Below the pieces are notes generated by a model. It was given only the letters and a program-made list of their open reading frames with translations, was not told the origin of the DNA and ran no database searches. The translations under genes and the position numbers were made by a program. A stretch of DNA of 32,066 nucleotides from a virus (Duplodnaviria > Heunggongvirae > Uroviricota > Caudoviricetes), in the IMG/VR virus record IMGVR_UViG_2565956714_000003; one strand, written 5' to 3'. Positions 17,207 through 30,341 of this stretch are shown here, in pieces (position 1 is the stretch's first letter; every line of letters starts with the position of its first letter).

Positions 17207-17963
17207 TAGTATCACCATCATCTGCATCATTAGAGGAGAAGTAGTGCTTGGCATTAACTTTCCCGTACAGATCCAGCTTGTTACTGTCTTTATTATAAAT
17301 TTCAGCTGCCTGAGCAGACATCGCCATCAGTACTGATGCAGCTACAGCAGAAATTGCCACTGTTAATTTTTTCATCGTGAGCCCTTTTTTTTGAACTATT
17401 ATTAAAAAATGATGTCACTGCGCGATAAATATTCATCTAATCAATGTGATTATTTCAAGATGTAAGTTTTAGTTTCTCATTTAATTTGTGAAGTAGATCT
17501 CTATTTTTATCTGAACTTTTTCTATCGAAACCTATTTATGGCTCTTATTTGAACAAAAATAAACCTATTAGCTAATTTATATTAATGGTTGTTATTTATG
17601 GAGGTTCTATAATTCGGCAGTTTAATTTAAATCAACTAAAAATAACGTCTGAAATTATTTATTGGTTATTTGTTGAGGTTTTCTTATGTATTTGTGGTGG
17701 TGTTTTGAACACTCGGTAGCATTCTCATAAATATCATTCAGTGGTTTACGTACGTAAAAAATTGGTTATGCTGTTAAGAGTGGTTACTTCGTCACACAGC
17801 TTAAACCCGCCGTCGAGCTGGTTTTTCCATTTTTTGAGTCTCGATATTAGCTGATAACTCAATACCTGAGTTATTCACTGACTCCGAGTCTGTTACGTTT
17901 CTGCTTTTTTGCGATACGTTGTATTCCCTCAATTTACACCCGCTTTGTCTGCGAGGTGGGGTT

Positions 17964-18179
17964 ATGAAATCCATGGATAAGTTAACAACGGGTGTCGCCT
18001 ATGGCACCTCAGCAGGTAGTGCCGGTTACTGGTTTTTACAGCTGCTCGATAAAGTCACGCCCTCACAGTGGGCAGCAATAGGTGTGCTGGGTAGCCTGGT
18101 ATTTGGCCTGCTGACGTACCTGACAAACCTTTATTTCAAGATTAAAGAAGATAAGCGCAAGGCTGCGAGAGGTGAATAA
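17964..18179 (+). CDS. essD: Holin, phage 21 S-type pinholin with dual-start motif
   Basis: 71-aa [74 protein letters not shown]; two in-frame starts (Met1, Met4) as in holin/antiholin pairs; two predicted TM helices. Confidence 0.9.
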
Positions 18180-18676
18180 TGCCTCCATCATTACGAAAAG
18201 CCGTTGCTGCTGCTATTGGTGGCGGAGCAATTGCTATAGCATCAGTGTTAATTACTGGCCCAAGTGGTAACGATGGTCTGGAAGGTGTCAGCTACATACC
18301 ATACAAAGATATTGTTGGTGTATGGACTGTATGTCACGGGCATACAGGAAAAGACATCATGCTCGGTAAAACGTATACCAAAGCAGAATGCAAAGCCCTC
18401 CTGAATAAAGACCTTGCCACGGTCGCCAGACAAATTAACCCGTACATCAAAGTCGATATACCGGAAACAATGCGCGGCGCTCTTTACTCATTCGTTTACA
18501 ACGTGGGTGCTGGCAATTTCAGAACATCGACGCTTCTTCGCAAAATAAACCAGGGCGATATCAAAGGCGCATGTGATCAGCTACGTCGCTGGACATATGC
18601 TGGCGGTAAGCAATGGAAAGGTCTCATGACTCGTCGTGAGATTGAGCGTGAAATCTGTTTGTGGGGTCAGCAATGA
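18179..18676 (+). CDS. rrrD: Endolysin, lysozyme with N-terminal signal-anchor-release (SAR) domain (R21 type)
   Basis: 165-aa ORF; hydrophobic Gly/Ala-rich N-terminus [20 protein letters not shown], then lysozyme-like core; start overlaps the holin stop. Confidence 0.9.
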   Translation: MPPSLRKAVAAAIGGGAIAIASVLITGPSGNDGLEGVSYIPYKDIVGVWTVCHGHTGKDIMLGKTYTKAECKALLNKDLATVARQINPYIKVDIPETMRGALYSFVYNVGAGNFRTSTLLRKINQGDIKGACDQLRRWTYAGGKQWKGLMTRREIEREICLWGQQ

Positions 18677-19134
18677 ACAGAGTAACCGCGATTATCTCCG
18701 CTCTGGTTATCTGCATCATCGTCGGCCTGTCATGGGCTGTTAATCATTACCGTGATAACGCCATTACCTACAAAGCCCAGCGCGACAAAAATGCCAGAGA
18801 ACTGAAGCTGGCGAACGCGGCAATTACTGACATGCAGATGCGTCAGCGTGATGTTGCTGCGCTCGATGCAAAATACACGAAGGAGTTAGCTGATGCGAAA
18901 GCTGAAAATGATGCTCTGCGTGATGATGTTGCCGCTGGTCGTCGTCGGTTGCACATCAAAGCAGTCTGTCAGTCAGTGCGTGAAGCCACCACCGCCTCCG
19001 GCGTGGATAATGCAGCCTCCCCCCGACTGGCAGACACCGCTGAACGGGATTATTTCACCCTCAGAGAGAGGCTGATCACTATGCAAAAACAACTGGAAGG
19101 AGCCCAGAAGTATATTAATGAGCAGTGCAGATAG
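18673..19134 (+). CDS. rzpD: Spanin inner-membrane subunit Rz (lambda-like)
   Basis: 153-aa [63 protein letters not shown]... matches lambda Rz; ATGA overlap with the endolysin. Confidence 0.93.
   Translation: MNRVTAIISALVICIIVGLSWAVNHYRDNAITYKAQRDKNARELKLANAAITDMQMRQRDVAALDAKYTKELADAKAENDALRDDVAAGRRRLHIKAVCQSVREATTASGVDNAASPRLADTAERDYFTLRERLITMQKQLEGAQKYINEQCR
18893..19075 (+). CDS. rzoD: Spanin outer-membrane lipoprotein Rz1, embedded in the +1 frame of Rz
   Basis: 60-aa [27 protein letters not shown]... with lipobox LVVVGC and proline-rich body, entirely inside Rz. Confidence 0.9.
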   Translation: MRKLKMMLCVMMLPLVVVGCTSKQSVSQCVKPPPPPAWIMQPPPDWQTPLNGIISPSERG

Positions 19135-19165
19135 AGCTGCCCATATCGATGGGCAACTCATGCAA

Positions 19166-19459
19166 TTATTGTGAGCAATACACACGCGCTTCCAGCGGAG
19201 TATAAATGCCTAAAGTAATAAAACCGAGCAATCCATTTACGAATGTTTGCTGGGTTTCTGTTTTAACAACATTTTCTGCGCCGCCACAAATTTTGGCTGC
19301 ATCAACAGTTTTCTCCTGTCCAATTCCCGAAACGAAGAAGTGATGGGTGATGGTTTCCTTTGGTGTTACTGCTGTCGGTTTGTTTCCAACAGTAAACGTC
19401 TGTTGAGCACATCCTGTAATAAGCATTGCCAGAGCGGCAGAAAACAACATTTTTTTCAT
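19166..19459 (-). CDS. borD: Bor lipoprotein (serum-resistance moron, lambda-like)
   Basis: 97-aa ORF MKKMLFSAALAMLITGCAQQTFTVGNKPTAVTPKETITHHFFVSGIGQEKTVDAAKICGGAENVVKTETQQTFVNGLLGFITLGIYTPLEARVYCSQ with lipobox LITGC. Confidence 0.93.
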   Translation of the reverse strand: MKKMLFSAALAMLITGCAQQTFTVGNKPTAVTPKETITHHFFVSGIGQEKTVDAAKICGGAENVVKTETQQTFVNGLLGFITLGIYTPLEARVYCSQ

Positions 19460-19818
19460 CTTATTATCCTGCATTGTTAAAAACGGCAGAATCCTATGTG
19501 ACAACAATTAAACGATAGTTAAATGGATTGATGAAAATTAAAACTATATAGGTGGATGCTCAGCCTATTGGAGGAGGGGGGCACTCAGAATCCTGTGGAA
19601 TGAAATAAACCGCTCTTTCTGTCCATTACCCTTTTAGCTGCGCTGTATCGTCGCCGTATTCCCGCATTAACCATGACCGTAGCCCGACGGGGAATTCCTT
19701 CTGCGTGAGTGTGCGGGAATAATCAAAAACGATGCACACCGGGTTTTACTGTGCTGACAGACGCAGGGTTACCCTCATAGTCGCTTTTCCGGTGCGATGG
19801 TGGAAGAAACCGGGATGT

Positions 19819-20013
19819 TTATTCATCATCACTTTGGATTGATGTATATGCTCTCTTTTCTGACGTTAGTCTCCGACGGCAGGCTTCAATGACCCAGGCT
19901 GAGAAATTCCCAGACCCTTTTTGCTCAAGAGCGATGTTAATTTGTTCAATCATTTGGTTAGGAAAGCGGATGTTGCGGGTTGTTGTTCTGCGGGTTCTGT
20001 TCTTAGTTGACAT
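19819..20013 (-). CDS. Small basic protein, possible ribbon-helix-helix DNA-binding fold (DLP12 YlcI/DUF3950-like)
   Basis: 64-aa ORF MSTKNRTRRTTTRNIRFPNQMIEQINIALEQKGSGNFSAWVIEACRRRL...; basic N-terminus and the pattern R-x-I-R-F-P...I are typical of Arc/CopG-like folds. Confidence 0.5.
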   Translation of the reverse strand: MSTKNRTRRTTTRNIRFPNQMIEQINIALEQKGSGNFSAWVIEACRRRLTSEKRAYTSIQSDDE

Positions 20014-20149
20014 GAGGTTGCCCCGTATTCAGTGTTGCTGATTTGTATTGTCTGAAGTTGTTTTTACGTTAAGTTGATGCAGATCAATTAATACGATACC
20101 TGCGTCATAATTGATTATTTGACGTGGTTTGATGGCGTAGATGCACGTT

Positions 20150-20401
20150 GTGATATGTAGATGATAATTATTATCATTTTTCGGGTCCTTTCCGGCGATC
20201 CGACAGGTTACGGGGCGGCGACCTCGCGGGTTTTCGCTATTTATGAAAATTTTCCGGTTTAAGGCGTTTCCGTTCTTCTTCGTCATAACTTAATGTTTTT
20301 ATTTAAAATACCCTCTGAAAAGAAAGGAAACGACAGGTGCTGAAAGCGAGCTTTTTGGCCTCTGTCGTTTCCTTTCTCTGTTTTTGTCCGTGGAATGAAC
20401 A
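20150..20401. promoter_or_regulatory. Lambda-type cos site (cosQ, cosN, cosB); 12-nt cohesive end GGGCGGCGACCT at 20213..20224
   Basis: Sequence ...GATGATAATTATTATCATTTTTCGGGTCCTTTCCGGCGATCCGACAGGTTACG | GGGCGGCGACCTCGCGGGTTTTCGCTATTTATGAAAATTTTCCGG... matches the lambda right-end/left-end junction as I recall it; lies directly upstream of Nu1. Confidence 0.9.
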
Positions 20402-20921
20402 ATGGAAGTCAACAAAAAGCAGCTGGCTGATATTTTCGGTGCGAGTATCCGTACCATTCAGAACTGGCAGGAGCAGGGAATGCCCGTTCTGCGAGGCGGT
20501 GGCAAGGGTAATGAGGTGCTTTATGATTCTGCCGCCGTCATAAAATGGTATGCCGAAAGGGATGCTGAAATTGAGAACGAAAAGCTGCGCCGGGAAGTTG
20601 AAGAACTGCGGCAGGCCAGCGAGACAGATCTCCAGCCAGGGACTATTGAGTACGAACGCCATCGACTTACGCGTGCGCAGGCCGACGCACAGGAGCTGAA
20701 AAATGCCAGAGACTCCGCTGAAGTGGTGGAAACCGCATTCTGTACTTTCGTGCTGTCGCGGATCGCAGGTGAAATTGCCAGTATTCTCGACGGGATCCCC
20801 CTGTCGGTGCAGCGGCGTTTTCCGGAACTGGAAAACCGACATGTTGATTTCCTGAAACGGGATATCATCAAAGCCATGAACAAAGCAGCCGCGCTGGATG
20901 AACTGATACCGGGGTTGCTGA

Positions 20922-20947
<26 letters not shown>
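20402..20947 (+). CDS. nu1: Terminase small subunit Nu1
   Basis: 181-aa ORF MEVNKKQLADIFGASIRTIQNWQEQGMPVLRGGGKGNEVLYDSAAVIKWYAERDAEIENEKLRRE... matches lambda Nu1. Confidence 0.97.
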
Positions 20948-24628
<3,681 letters not shown>

Positions 24629-24648
<20 letters not shown>

Positions 24649-25948
24649 TCTCCCGCATATTGCCAGTATGGCCTTTAATGAGCCGCTGATGCTTGAACCC
24701 GCCTATGCGCGGGTTTTCTTTTGTGCGCTTGCAGGCCAGCTTGGGATCAGCCGCCTGACGGATGCGGTATCCGGCGACAGCCTGACTGCCGGAGAGGCAC
24801 CCGCGGCGCTGGCGTTATCCGTTGATGATGACGGACCACGACAGGCCCGCAGTTATCAGGTCATGAACGGCATCGCCGTGCTGCCGGTGTCCGGCACGCT
24901 GGTCAGCCGGACGCGGGCGCTGCAGCCGTATTCGGGGATGACCGGTTACAACGGCATTATCGCCCGTCTGCAACAGGCTGCCAGCGACCCGATGGTGGAC
25001 GGCATTCTGCTCGATATGGATACGCCAGGCGGGATGGTGGCAGGGGCATTTGACTGCGCTGACATCATCGCCCGTGTGCGTGACATAAAGCCGGTATGGG
25101 CGCTGGCCAATGACATGAACTGCAGCGCAGGTCAGCTGCTTGCCAGTGCCTCCTCCCGGCGTCTGGTCACGCAGACCGCCCGGACAGGCTCCATCGGCGT
25201 CATGATGGCTCACAGTAATTACGGCGCTGCGCTGGAGAAACAGGGCGTGGAAATCACGCTGATTTACAGCGGTAGCCATAAGGTGGATGGCAACCCCTAC
25301 AGCCATCTACCGGATGATGTCCGGGAAACATTGCAGTCCCGGATGGATGCAACCCGCCGGATGTTTGCACAGAAGGTGTCGGCATATACCGGCCTGTCCG
25401 TGCAGGCTGTGCTGGATACCGAGGCTGCAGTGTACAGCGGTCAGGAGGCCATTGATGCCGGACTGGCTGATGAACTTGTTAACAGTACCGATGCGATCAC
25501 CGTCATGCGTGATGCACTGGATGCACGTAAATCCCGTCTCTCAGGAGGGCGAATGACCAAAGAGACTCAATCAACAACTGTTTCAGCCACTGCTTCGCAG
25601 GCTGACGTTACTGGCGTGGTGCAAGCGACGGAGGGCGAGAACGCCAGCGCGGCGCAGCCGGACGTGAACGCGCAGATCACCGCAGCGGTTGCGGCAGAAA
25701 ACAGTCGCATTATGGGGATCCTCAACTGTGAGGAGGCTCACGGACGCGAAGAACAGGCACGCGTGCTGGCCGAAACCCCCGGTATGACCGTGGAAACGGC
25801 CCGCCGCATTCTGGCCGCTGCACCACAGAGTGCACAGGCGCGCAGTGACACTGCGCTGGATCGTCTGATGCAGGGGGCACCGGCACCGCTGGCTGCAGGT
25901 AACCCGGCATCTGATGCCGTTAACGATTTGCTGAACACACCAGTGTAA
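24629..25948 (+). CDS. C: Head maturation protease / scaffold C
   Basis: 439-aa ORF from a GTG start preceded by AGGAGGAG; sequence TAELRNLPHIASMAFNEPLMLEPAYARVFF... matches lambda gpC. Confidence 0.93.
25343..25948 (+). CDS. nu3: Scaffolding protein Nu3 (in-frame internal start within C)
   Basis: ATG at 25343 in the C frame gives MDATRRMFAQKVSAYTGLSVQAVLDTEAAVYSGQEAIDAGLADELV... matching lambda Nu3. Confidence 0.85.
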   Translation: MDATRRMFAQKVSAYTGLSVQAVLDTEAAVYSGQEAIDAGLADELVNSTDAITVMRDALDARKSRLSGGRMTKETQSTTVSATASQADVTGVVQATEGENASAAQPDVNAQITAAVAAENSRIMGILNCEEAHGREEQARVLAETPGMTVETARRILAAAPQSAQARSDTALDRLMQGAPAPLAAGNPASDAVNDLLNTPV

Positions 25949-25957
25949 GGGATGTTT

Positions 25958-26290
25958 ATGACGAGCAAAGAAACCTTTACCCATTACCAGCCGCTGGGCA
26001 ACAGTGACCCGGCTCATACGGCAACCGCGCCCGGCGGATTGAGTGCGAAAGCGCCTGCAATGACCCCGCTGATGCTGGACACCTCCACCCGTAAGCTGGT
26101 TGTGTGGGATGGCACCACCGACGGTGCTGCCGTTGGCATTCTGGCGGTTGCTGCTGACCAGACCAGCACCACGCTGACGTTCTACAAGTCCGGCACGTTC
26201 CGTTATGAGGATGTGCTCTGGCCGGAGGCTGCCAGCGACGAGACGAAAAAACGGACCGCGTTTGCCGGAACGGCAATCAGCATCGTTTAA
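25958..26290 (+). CDS. D: Head decoration protein D
   Basis: 110-aa [46 protein letters not shown]... matches lambda gpD; alternative ATG 6 nt upstream. Confidence 0.95.
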   Translation: MTSKETFTHYQPLGNSDPAHTATAPGGLSAKAPAMTPLMLDTSTRKLVVWDGTTDGAAVGILAVAADQTSTTLTFYKSGTFRYEDVLWPEAASDETKKRTAFAGTAISIV

Positions 26291-26309
26291 CCTTACCCTT
26301 CATCACTAA

Positions 26310-26332
26310 AGGCCGCCTGTGCGGCTTTTTTT
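26310..26332 (+). terminator. Terminator-like hairpin between D and E (possible attenuator)
   Basis: Stem GCCGC/GCGGC (26312..26316 / 26321..26325) with loop CTGT, followed by TTTTTTT (26326..26332). Confidence 0.35.
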
Positions 26333-26345
26333 ACGGGATTTTTTT

Positions 26346-27371
26346 ATGTCGATGTACACAACCGCCCAGCTGCTGGCGGCAAATGAGAAGAAATTTAAGT
26401 TTGATCCGCTGTTTCTGCGTCTCTTTTTCCGTGAGAGCTATCCCTTCACCACGGAGAAAGTCTATCTCTCACAAATTCCGGGACTGGTAAACATGGCGCT
26501 GTACGTTTCGCCGATTGTTTCCGGTGAGGTTATCCGCTCCCGTGGCGGCTCCACCTCTGAATTTACACCGGGATATGTCAAGCCGAAGCATGAGGTGAAT
26601 CCGCAGATGACCCTGCGTCGCCTGCCGGATGAAGATCCACAGAATCTGGCGGACCCGGCTTACCGCCGCCGTCGCATCATCCTGCAGAACATGCGAGACG
26701 AAGAGCTGGCCATTGCTCAGGTCGAAGAGATGCAGGCCGTTTCTGCCGTGCTTAAGGGCAAATACACCATGACCGGTGAAGCCTTCGATCCGGTTGAAGT
26801 GGATATGGGCCGCAGTGTGGCGAACAACATCACGCAGTCCGGCGGTACGGAGTGGAGCAAGCGTGACAAGTCCACGTATGACCCGACCGACGATATCGAA
26901 GCCTACGCGCTGAACGCCAGCGGTGTGGTGAATATCATCGTGTTTGATCCGAAAGGCTGGGCGCTGTTCCGTTCCTTCAAAGCCGTCAAGGAGAAGCTGG
27001 ATACCCGTCGCGGCTCTAATTCCGAGCTGGAGACAGCGGTAAAAGACCTGGGCGAAGCGGTGTCCTATAAGGGGATGTATGGCGATACGGCGATCGTCGT
27101 GTATTCCGGACAGTACGTGGAAAACGACGTCAAAAAGAACTTCCTGCCGGACAACACGATGGTGCTGGGGAACACTCAGGCACGCGGTCTGCGCACCTAT
27201 GGCTGCATTCAGGATGCGGACGCACAGCGCGAAGGTATTAACGCCTCTGCCCGCTACCCGAAAAACTGGGTGACCACCGGCGATCCGGCGCGTGAGTTCA
27301 CCATGATTCAGTCAGCACCGCTGATGCTGCTGGCTGACCCTGATGCGTTCGTGTCCGTACAACTGGCGTAA
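26346..27371 (+). CDS. E: Major capsid protein E
   Basis: 341-aa ORF MSMYTTAQLLAANEKKFKFDPLFLRLFFRESYPFTTEKVYLSQIPGLVNMALYVSPIVSGEVIRSRGG... matches lambda gpE. Confidence 0.97.
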   Translation: MSMYTTAQLLAANEKKFKFDPLFLRLFFRESYPFTTEKVYLSQIPGLVNMALYVSPIVSGEVIRSRGGSTSEFTPGYVKPKHEVNPQMTLRRLPDEDPQNLADPAYRRRRIILQNMRDEELAIAQVEEMQAVSAVLKGKYTMTGEAFDPVEVDMGRSVANNITQSGGTEWSKRDKSTYDPTDDIEAYALNASGVVNIIVFDPKGWALFRSFKAVKEKLDTRRGSNSELETAVKDLGEAVSYKGMYGDTAIVVYSGQYVENDVKKNFLPDNTMVLGNTQARGLRTYGCIQDADAQREGINASARYPKNWVTTGDPAREFTMIQSAPLMLLADPDAFVSVQLA

Positions 27372-27412
27372 TCATGGCCCTTCGGGGCCATTTTCTCTCT
27401 GTGGAGGAGTCC

Positions 27413-27808
27413 ATGACGAAAGATGAACTGATTGCCCGTCTTCAGGTGCTGGGTGAGCAACTGAACCGTGATGTCAGCCTGACGGGGACGAAAGAAGAAC
27501 TGGCACTCCGTGTGGCAGAGCTGGAAGAGGAGCTTGATGACACGGATGACGCTGCTGGTCAGGACACATCTGTCAGCCCGGAAAATGCGCTGACCGGACA
27601 TGAAAATGAGGTTGTATCAGCGCAGCCGGATACCGTGACTGATACGGCTGATCTGGTCACGGTTGTGGCACTGGTGACGCTGCATACTGATGCACTTCAC
27701 GCCACGCGGGATGAGGCTGTGGCATTTGTGCTGCCGGGAACGGCGTTCCGTGTCTCTGCCGGTGTGGCAGCCGAAATGACAGAGCGCGGCCTGGCCAGAA
27801 TGCAATAA
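27413..27808 (+). CDS. FI: DNA-packaging accessory protein FI
   Basis: ORF MTKDELIARLQVLGEQLNRDVSLTGTKEELALRVAELEEELDDTDD... matches lambda gpFI. Confidence 0.93.
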   Translation: MTKDELIARLQVLGEQLNRDVSLTGTKEELALRVAELEEELDDTDDAAGQDTSVSPENALTGHENEVVSAQPDTVTDTADLVTVVALVTLHTDALHATRDEAVAFVLPGTAFRVSAGVAAEMTERGLARMQ

Positions 27809-27819
27809 CGGGAGGCGCT

Positions 27820-28194
27820 GTGGCTGATTTCGATAACCTGTTCGATGCTGCCATTGCCCGCGCCGATGAAACGATACGCGGGTACATGGGAACGTCAGCC
27901 ACCATTACATCCGGTGAGCAGTCCGGCGCAGTGATACGTGGTGTTTTTGATGACCCTGAAAATATCAGCTATGCCGGACAGGGCGTGCGCGTTGAAGGCT
28001 CCAGCCCGTCCCTGTTTGTCCGGACTGATGATGTGCGGCAGCTGCGGCGCGGCGACACGCTGACCATCGGTGAGGAAAACTTCTGGATAGACCGGGTTTC
28101 GCCGGATGATGGCGGAAGCTGTCATCTCTGGCTTGGGCGGGGCGTACCGCCTGCCGTTAACCGTCGCCGCTGGAAGGGGGATGTATGGCCATAA
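27820..28194 (+). CDS. FII: Head-tail connector protein FII
   Basis: ORF MADFDNLFDAAIARADETIRGYMGTSATITSGEQSGAVIRGVFDDPENISYAGQGVRVEGSSP... matches lambda gpFII. Confidence 0.93.
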   Translation: MADFDNLFDAAIARADETIRGYMGTSATITSGEQSGAVIRGVFDDPENISYAGQGVRVEGSSPSLFVRTDDVRQLRRGDTLTIGEENFWIDRVSPDDGGSCHLWLGRGVPPAVNRRRWKGDVWP

Positions 28195-28763
28195 AAGGTC
28201 TTGAGCAGGCCGTTGAAAACCTCAGCCGTATCAGCAGAACGGCGGTGCCTGGTGCCGCCGCAATGGCCATTAACCGCGTTGCTTCATCCGCGATATCGCA
28301 GTCGGCGTCACAGGTTGCCCGTGAGACAAAGGTACGCCGGAAACTGGTAAAGGAAAGGGCCAGGCTGAAAAGGGCCACGGTCAAAAATCCGCAGGCCAGA
28401 ATCAAGGTTAACCGGGGGGATTTGCCCGTAATCAGGCTGGGTAACGCGCGGATTGTCCTGTCCCGACGCAGGCGTCGTAAAAAGGGGCAGCGTTCAGCCC
28501 TGAAAGGTGGCGGCAGCGTGCTTGTGGTGGGAAACCGTCGTATTCCCGGCGCGTTTATTCAGCAACTGAAAAATGGCCGCTGGCATGTCATGCAGCGTGT
28601 GGCCGGGAAAAACCGTTACCCCATTGATGTGGTGAAAATCCCGATGGCGGTGCCGCTGACCACGGCGTTTAAACAGAATATTGAGCGGATACGGCGTGAG
28701 CGTCTTCCGAAAGAGCTGGGCTATGCGCTGCAGCATCAACTGAGGATGGTAATAAAGCGATGA
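28185..28763 (+). CDS. Z: Tail assembly protein Z
   Basis: 192-aa ORF MAIKGLEQAVENLSRISRTAVPGAAAMAINRVASSAISQSASQVARETKV... matches lambda gpZ. Confidence 0.93.
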   Translation: MAIKGLEQAVENLSRISRTAVPGAAAMAINRVASSAISQSASQVARETKVRRKLVKERARLKRATVKNPQARIKVNRGDLPVIRLGNARIVLSRRRRRKKGQRSALKGGGSVLVVGNRRIPGAFIQQLKNGRWHVMQRVAGKNRYPIDVVKIPMAVPLTTAFKQNIERIRRERLPKELGYALQHQLRMVIKR

Positions 28764-29155
28764 AACATACTGAACTCCGTGCAGCCGTACTGGATGCACT
28801 GGAGAAGCATGACACCGGGGCGACGTTTTTTGATGGTCGCCCCGCTGTTTTTGATGAGGCGGATTTTCCGGCAGTTGCCGTTTATCTCACCGGCGCTGAA
28901 TACACGGGCGAAGAGCTGGACAGCGATACCTGGCAGGCGGAACTGCATATCGAAGTTTTCCTGCCTGCTCAGGTGCCGGATTCAGAGCTGGATGCGTGGA
29001 TGGAGTCCCGGATTTATCCGGTGATGAGCGATATCCCGGCACTGTCAGATTTGATCACCAGTATGGTGGCCAGTGGCTATGACTACCGGCGCGACGATGA
29101 TGCGGGCCTGTGGAGTTCTGCCGATCTGACTTATGTCATTACCTATGAAATGTGA
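28760..29155 (+). CDS. U: Tail tube terminator protein U
   Basis: 131-aa [70 protein letters not shown]... matches lambda gpU. Confidence 0.95.
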   Translation: MKHTELRAAVLDALEKHDTGATFFDGRPAVFDEADFPAVAVYLTGAEYTGEELDSDTWQAELHIEVFLPAQVPDSELDAWMESRIYPVMSDIPALSDLITSMVASGYDYRRDDDAGLWSSADLTYVITYEM

Positions 29156-29162
29156 GGACGAT

Positions 29163-29903
29163 ATGCCTGTACCAAATCCAGCAATACCGGTGAAAGGTGC
29201 CGGAACCACCCTGTGGGTTTATAACGGGAGCGGCGACCCTTATGCGAACCCGCTTTCAGACGTTGACTGGTCGCGTCTGGCTAAAGTTAAAGACCTGACG
29301 CCCGGCGAACTGACCGCTGAGTCCTATGACGACAGTTATCTCGATGATGAAGATGCGGACTGGACCGCGACCGGGCAGGGGCAGAAATCCGCCGGAGATA
29401 CCAGCTTCACGCTGGCGTGGATGCCCGGAGAGCAGGGGCAGCAGGCGCTGCTGGCGTGGTTTAATGAAGGTGATACCCGTGCCTATAAAATCCGCTTCCC
29501 GAACGGCACGGTCGATGTGTTCCGTGGCTGGGTCAGCAGTATCGGTAAGGCGGTGACGGCGAAGGAAGTGATCACCCGTACGGTGAAGGTCACCAATGTG
29601 GGCCGTCCGTCAATGGCAGAAGATCGCAGTACGGTGACGGCGGCAACCGGTATGACTGTGACGCCTGCCAGCTCCTCGGTGGTGAAAGGGCAGAGCACCA
29701 CGCTGACCGTGGCATTCCAGCCGGAGGGCGCAACTGACAAGAGCTTCCGTGCGGTGTCAGCGGATAAAACAAAAGCCACCGTGTCGGTCAGTGGTATGAC
29801 CATCACCGTGAAAGGCGTTGCTGCAGGTAAGGTCAACATTCCGGTTGTATCCGGTAATGGTGAACTTGCTGCGGTTGCAGAAATCACTGTCACCGACAGT
29901 TAA
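29163..29903 (+). CDS. V: Major tail tube protein V
   Basis: 246-aa [76 protein letters not shown]... matches lambda gpV. Confidence 0.95.
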   Translation: MPVPNPAIPVKGAGTTLWVYNGSGDPYANPLSDVDWSRLAKVKDLTPGELTAESYDDSYLDDEDADWTATGQGQKSAGDTSFTLAWMPGEQGQQALLAWFNEGDTRAYKIRFPNGTVDVFRGWVSSIGKAVTAKEVITRTVKVTNVGRPSMAEDRSTVTAATGMTVTPASSSVVKGQSTTLTVAFQPEGATDKSFRAVSADKTKATVSVSGMTITVKGVAAGKVNIPVVSGNGELAAVAEITVTDS

Positions 29904-29918
29904 TCCGGAGAGTCAGCG

Positions 29919-30341
29919 ATGTTCCTGAAAACCGAATCATTTGAACATAACGGCGTGACCGTCACGCTTTCTGAACTGTCAGCCCTGCAGCGTATTGAGC
30001 ATCTCGCCCTGATGAAACGGCAGGCAGAACAGGCGGAGTCAGACAGCAACCGGAAGTTTACTGTGGAAGACGCCATCAGAACCGGCGCGTTTCTGGTGGC
30101 GATGTCCCTGTGGCATAACCATCCGCAGAAGACGCAGATGCCGTCCATGAATGAAGCCGTTAAACAGATTGAGCAGGAAGTGCTTACCACCTGGCCTACG
30201 GAGGCAATTTCTCATGCTGAAAACGTGGTGTACCGGCTGTCCGGTATGTCTGAGTTTGTGGTGAATAATGCCCCTGAACAGACAGAGGACGCCGGGCCCG
30301 CAGAGCCTGTTTCTGCGGGAAAGTGTTCGACGGTGAGCTGA
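29919..30341 (+). CDS. G: Tail assembly chaperone G
   Basis: 140-aa ORF MFLKTESFEHNGVTVTLSELSALQRIEHLALMKRQAEQAESDSNRKFTVEDAIRTGAFLVAMSLWHNHPQKTQ... matches lambda gpG. Confidence 0.95.
   Translation: MFLKTESFEHNGVTVTLSELSALQRIEHLALMKRQAEQAESDSNRKFTVEDAIRTGAFLVAMSLWHNHPQKTQMPSMNEAVKQIEQEVLTTWPTEAISHAENVVYRLSGMSEFVVNNAPEQTEDAGPAEPVSAGKCSTVS

Larger units (their letters stand above)
15212..17375 (-). pseudogene. nmpC: Porin gene (NmpC/OmpD/Lc-type general porin) interrupted by an IS903-type insertion
   Basis: N-terminal part 17207..17375 (signal peptide [23 protein letters not shown], then [17 protein letters not shown]...) and C-terminal part 15212..16140 (ending ...VGLVYQF); removing the IS and one TSD copy joins them in frame to a 1098-bp ORF (365 aa). 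Confidence 0.9.

Noticed and set aside
20161-20177. AT-rich palindrome ATGATAATTATTATCAT, superficially like a Fur box
   Set aside because: It is part of the lambda right-end (cosQ-proximal) sequence that continues directly into the cohesive end; the packaging-site explanation is sufficient
20029-20286. 85-aa minus-strand ORF overlapping the cos region
   Set aside because: Low-complexity product, no RBS, and it lies across cosQ/cosN, whose sequence is explained as the packaging site
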